Shown here: positions 23,960-24,956 of the stretch, one piece after another
Layout of the letters: every line of letters starts with the position of its first letter
How positions within the stretch are numbered: the stretch's first letter is position 1
IMG/VR virus record: IMGVR_UViG_3300031949_000144
Span: 1-24,956 of that record
DNA: 24,956 nt
Direction: 5' to 3' (one strand)
From: a virus
Taxonomy: Duplodnaviria; Caudoviricetes
The notes under the pieces: generated by a model
What the model was told of the DNA's origin: nothing
Database searches by the model: none
The model's input: only the letters and a program-made list of their open reading frames with translations
Position numbers and translations under genes: made by a program

Positions 23960-24634
23960 CTACGCGCTTGCCCCTTTGATCTTGACCATCAGGCGATCGA
24001 AGTGCGTGTTGAGCACCTCGGCCGCGTGGGGGTCCGTCTGCACCAGCGTCTCGGTCATGGACTTGAAGAACTCCAGGAACAGGGCCGGCTTGTCGATCGC
24101 CAGCTTCTTCTCCCGCTCCAGCGCCAGCCGGGCCTGGTCGATGGCCAGTTTCTCCTCGGACAGGACCTTTTTCTCCTGCTCCAGGTTCAGCTTCCGCCGC
24201 GCCAGGTCCACCCGGTCATGGGCCAGGCCCAGGGCGACGACGTCGGTGGGATCCGCGCCGTCCAGGTTGCTGAGGGCGACCAGGCGCTGGTGCTCCAGGA
24301 GCTGGGCCAGCAGCCGCTCGGCCTCGGGCGTCGGGTTCCGCAGGAAATGCTCCGCCAGGTCGATGGCCTCGTGGTGGGCCTGCTGCTCGACGCGGAGCTT
24401 CCCCTCCCAGAAGCCGTAGTACCGGGACAGGCTCGAGTCGTTCCAGGCGAAGTCGAACTTGGTCTGGAGATCGGCCAGCAGCTCGCCCCAGGTGGGCCCG
24501 GCGCCCTGGCGCTTGCGCTCGAAGGTGTCGTGCAGGTAGAGCAGCCCCTCGTCGGAGAGGCCCCGGAGCGCCGCGAAGCTGCGCGCCCGGTCGGCCTGGA
24601 GCAGCCGCGTGCGGGTCCGGCCCATCTCAGCCAC
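23960..24634 (-). CDS. Mu gp27 / DUF3486-like protein (putative small terminase)
   Basis: HTH-like TWGELLADL..DSSLSRY followed by a coiled coil, between the gp26-like gene and TerL. Stop lies in a partial element (23951-23970). Confidence 0.65.
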   Translation of the reverse strand: MAEMGRTRTRLLQADRARSFAALRGLSDEGLLYLHDTFERKRQGAGPTWGELLADLQTKFDFAWNDSSLSRYYGFWEGKLRVEQQAHHEAIDLAEHFLRNPTPEAERLLAQLLEHQRLVALSNLDGADPTDVVALGLAHDRVDLARRKLNLEQEKKVLSEEKLAIDQARLALEREKKLAIDKPALFLEFFKSMTETLVQTDPHAAEVLNTHFDRLMVKIKGASA

Positions 24635-24637
24635 GCT

Positions 24638-24717
24638 CGCAGAGCGCAGAGCGCAGAGCGCATGGCGCCTGGCGTCCGGATTCCGACGCTATGCGCTTGG
24701 CGCTATGCGCTTTGCGC
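24638..24717. repeat. Heptamer palindromic element, full copy 11
   Basis: cgcagagcgcagagcgcagagcgcatggcgcctggcg-tccggattccga-cgctatgcgcttggcgctatgcgctttgcgc. Confidence 0.9.
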
Positions 24718-24718
24718 A

Positions 24719-24956
24719 TTAGTACACCTTGACGCCTGGGTCATTCCGCGTCCCCTCCAGCACCTGCAGCCCATCATGCGTGATCCGCCACAGCAGGAAC
24801 GTCGGCCCCTTGGGCCCGCCCGCCTGCTGCTCCTGGTACTTGACCAGCCCGGCGTCCTTCAGGTAGGTGAGCAGCGACCCCCGCATCTCGCTCCGGAGCA
24901 TCGGGTGCCCCATGCGCGCCAGCCAGAAGAGCAGGATATCCTCCGTCATGTAGGCG
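24719..24956 (-). CDS. Mu gp26-like winged-helix protein, probably 5'-truncated by the window edge
   Basis: LTYLKDAGLV..ITHDGLQVLEG..PGV pattern. The frame stays open to the window end. Confidence 0.7.
   Translation of the reverse strand, partial: AYMTEDILLFWLARMGHPMLRSEMRGSLLTYLKDAGLVKYQEQQAGGPKGPTFLLWRITHDGLQVLEGTRNDPGVKVY

Larger units (their letters stand above)
22..24956 (-). mobile_element. Mu-like transposable phage/prophage, late (head and non-contractile tail) region; continues beyond the right edge of the window
   Basis: Co-oriented gene order gp26-like, gp27-like, TerL, portal, gpF-like, protease/capsid, connectors, tail tube, chaperones, tape measure, tail tip, fibre. The gp26/gp27/TerL order is typical of Mu-like phages. 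No sheath gene seen. Left boundary is inferred. Confidence 0.85.

Noticed and set aside
4666-24717. Heptamer elements as a CRISPR array
   Set aside because: The repeats are non-identical, 70-100 bp long and separated by whole genes, not uniform spacers. No cas genes are present.
4666-24717. Heptamer elements as canonical integron attC sites or intrinsic terminators
   Set aside because: No consistent RYYYAAC/GTTRRRY boxes, no integrase in the window, and they flank core phage genes. They lack poly-U tails on the coding strand.

Overview
A GC-rich, entirely minus-strand virion morphogenesis operon of a Mu-like (transposable) temperate phage or prophage with a non-contractile tail. In transcription order: Mu gp26-like (partial), gp27/DUF3486-like, terminase large subunit, small zinc-finger ORF, portal, head morphogenesis protein, fused protease/scaffold-major capsid protein, decoration and head-tail joining genes, an accessory block of about 5 kb, tail tube, tail chaperones with a -1 frameshift site, tape measure, tail-tip proteins and an S74-chaperone tail fibre. 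A possible transposable-phage end lies at about 22-103. The most striking feature is a family of 70-100 bp imperfect palindromes built from GCGCNNN heptamers (11 full copies, about 5 partial). They fill the space between the stop codon of one gene and the start region of the next. Several other short-period repeat families (6, 7, 8 and 9 nt) also occur, some inside reading frames. The accessory block contains a 66-bp duplicated coding segment with 6 of 7 differences synonymous, two paralogous micro-ORFs, gene scars and shared terminal peptide motifs. All calls come from reading the sequence; no database searches were run.
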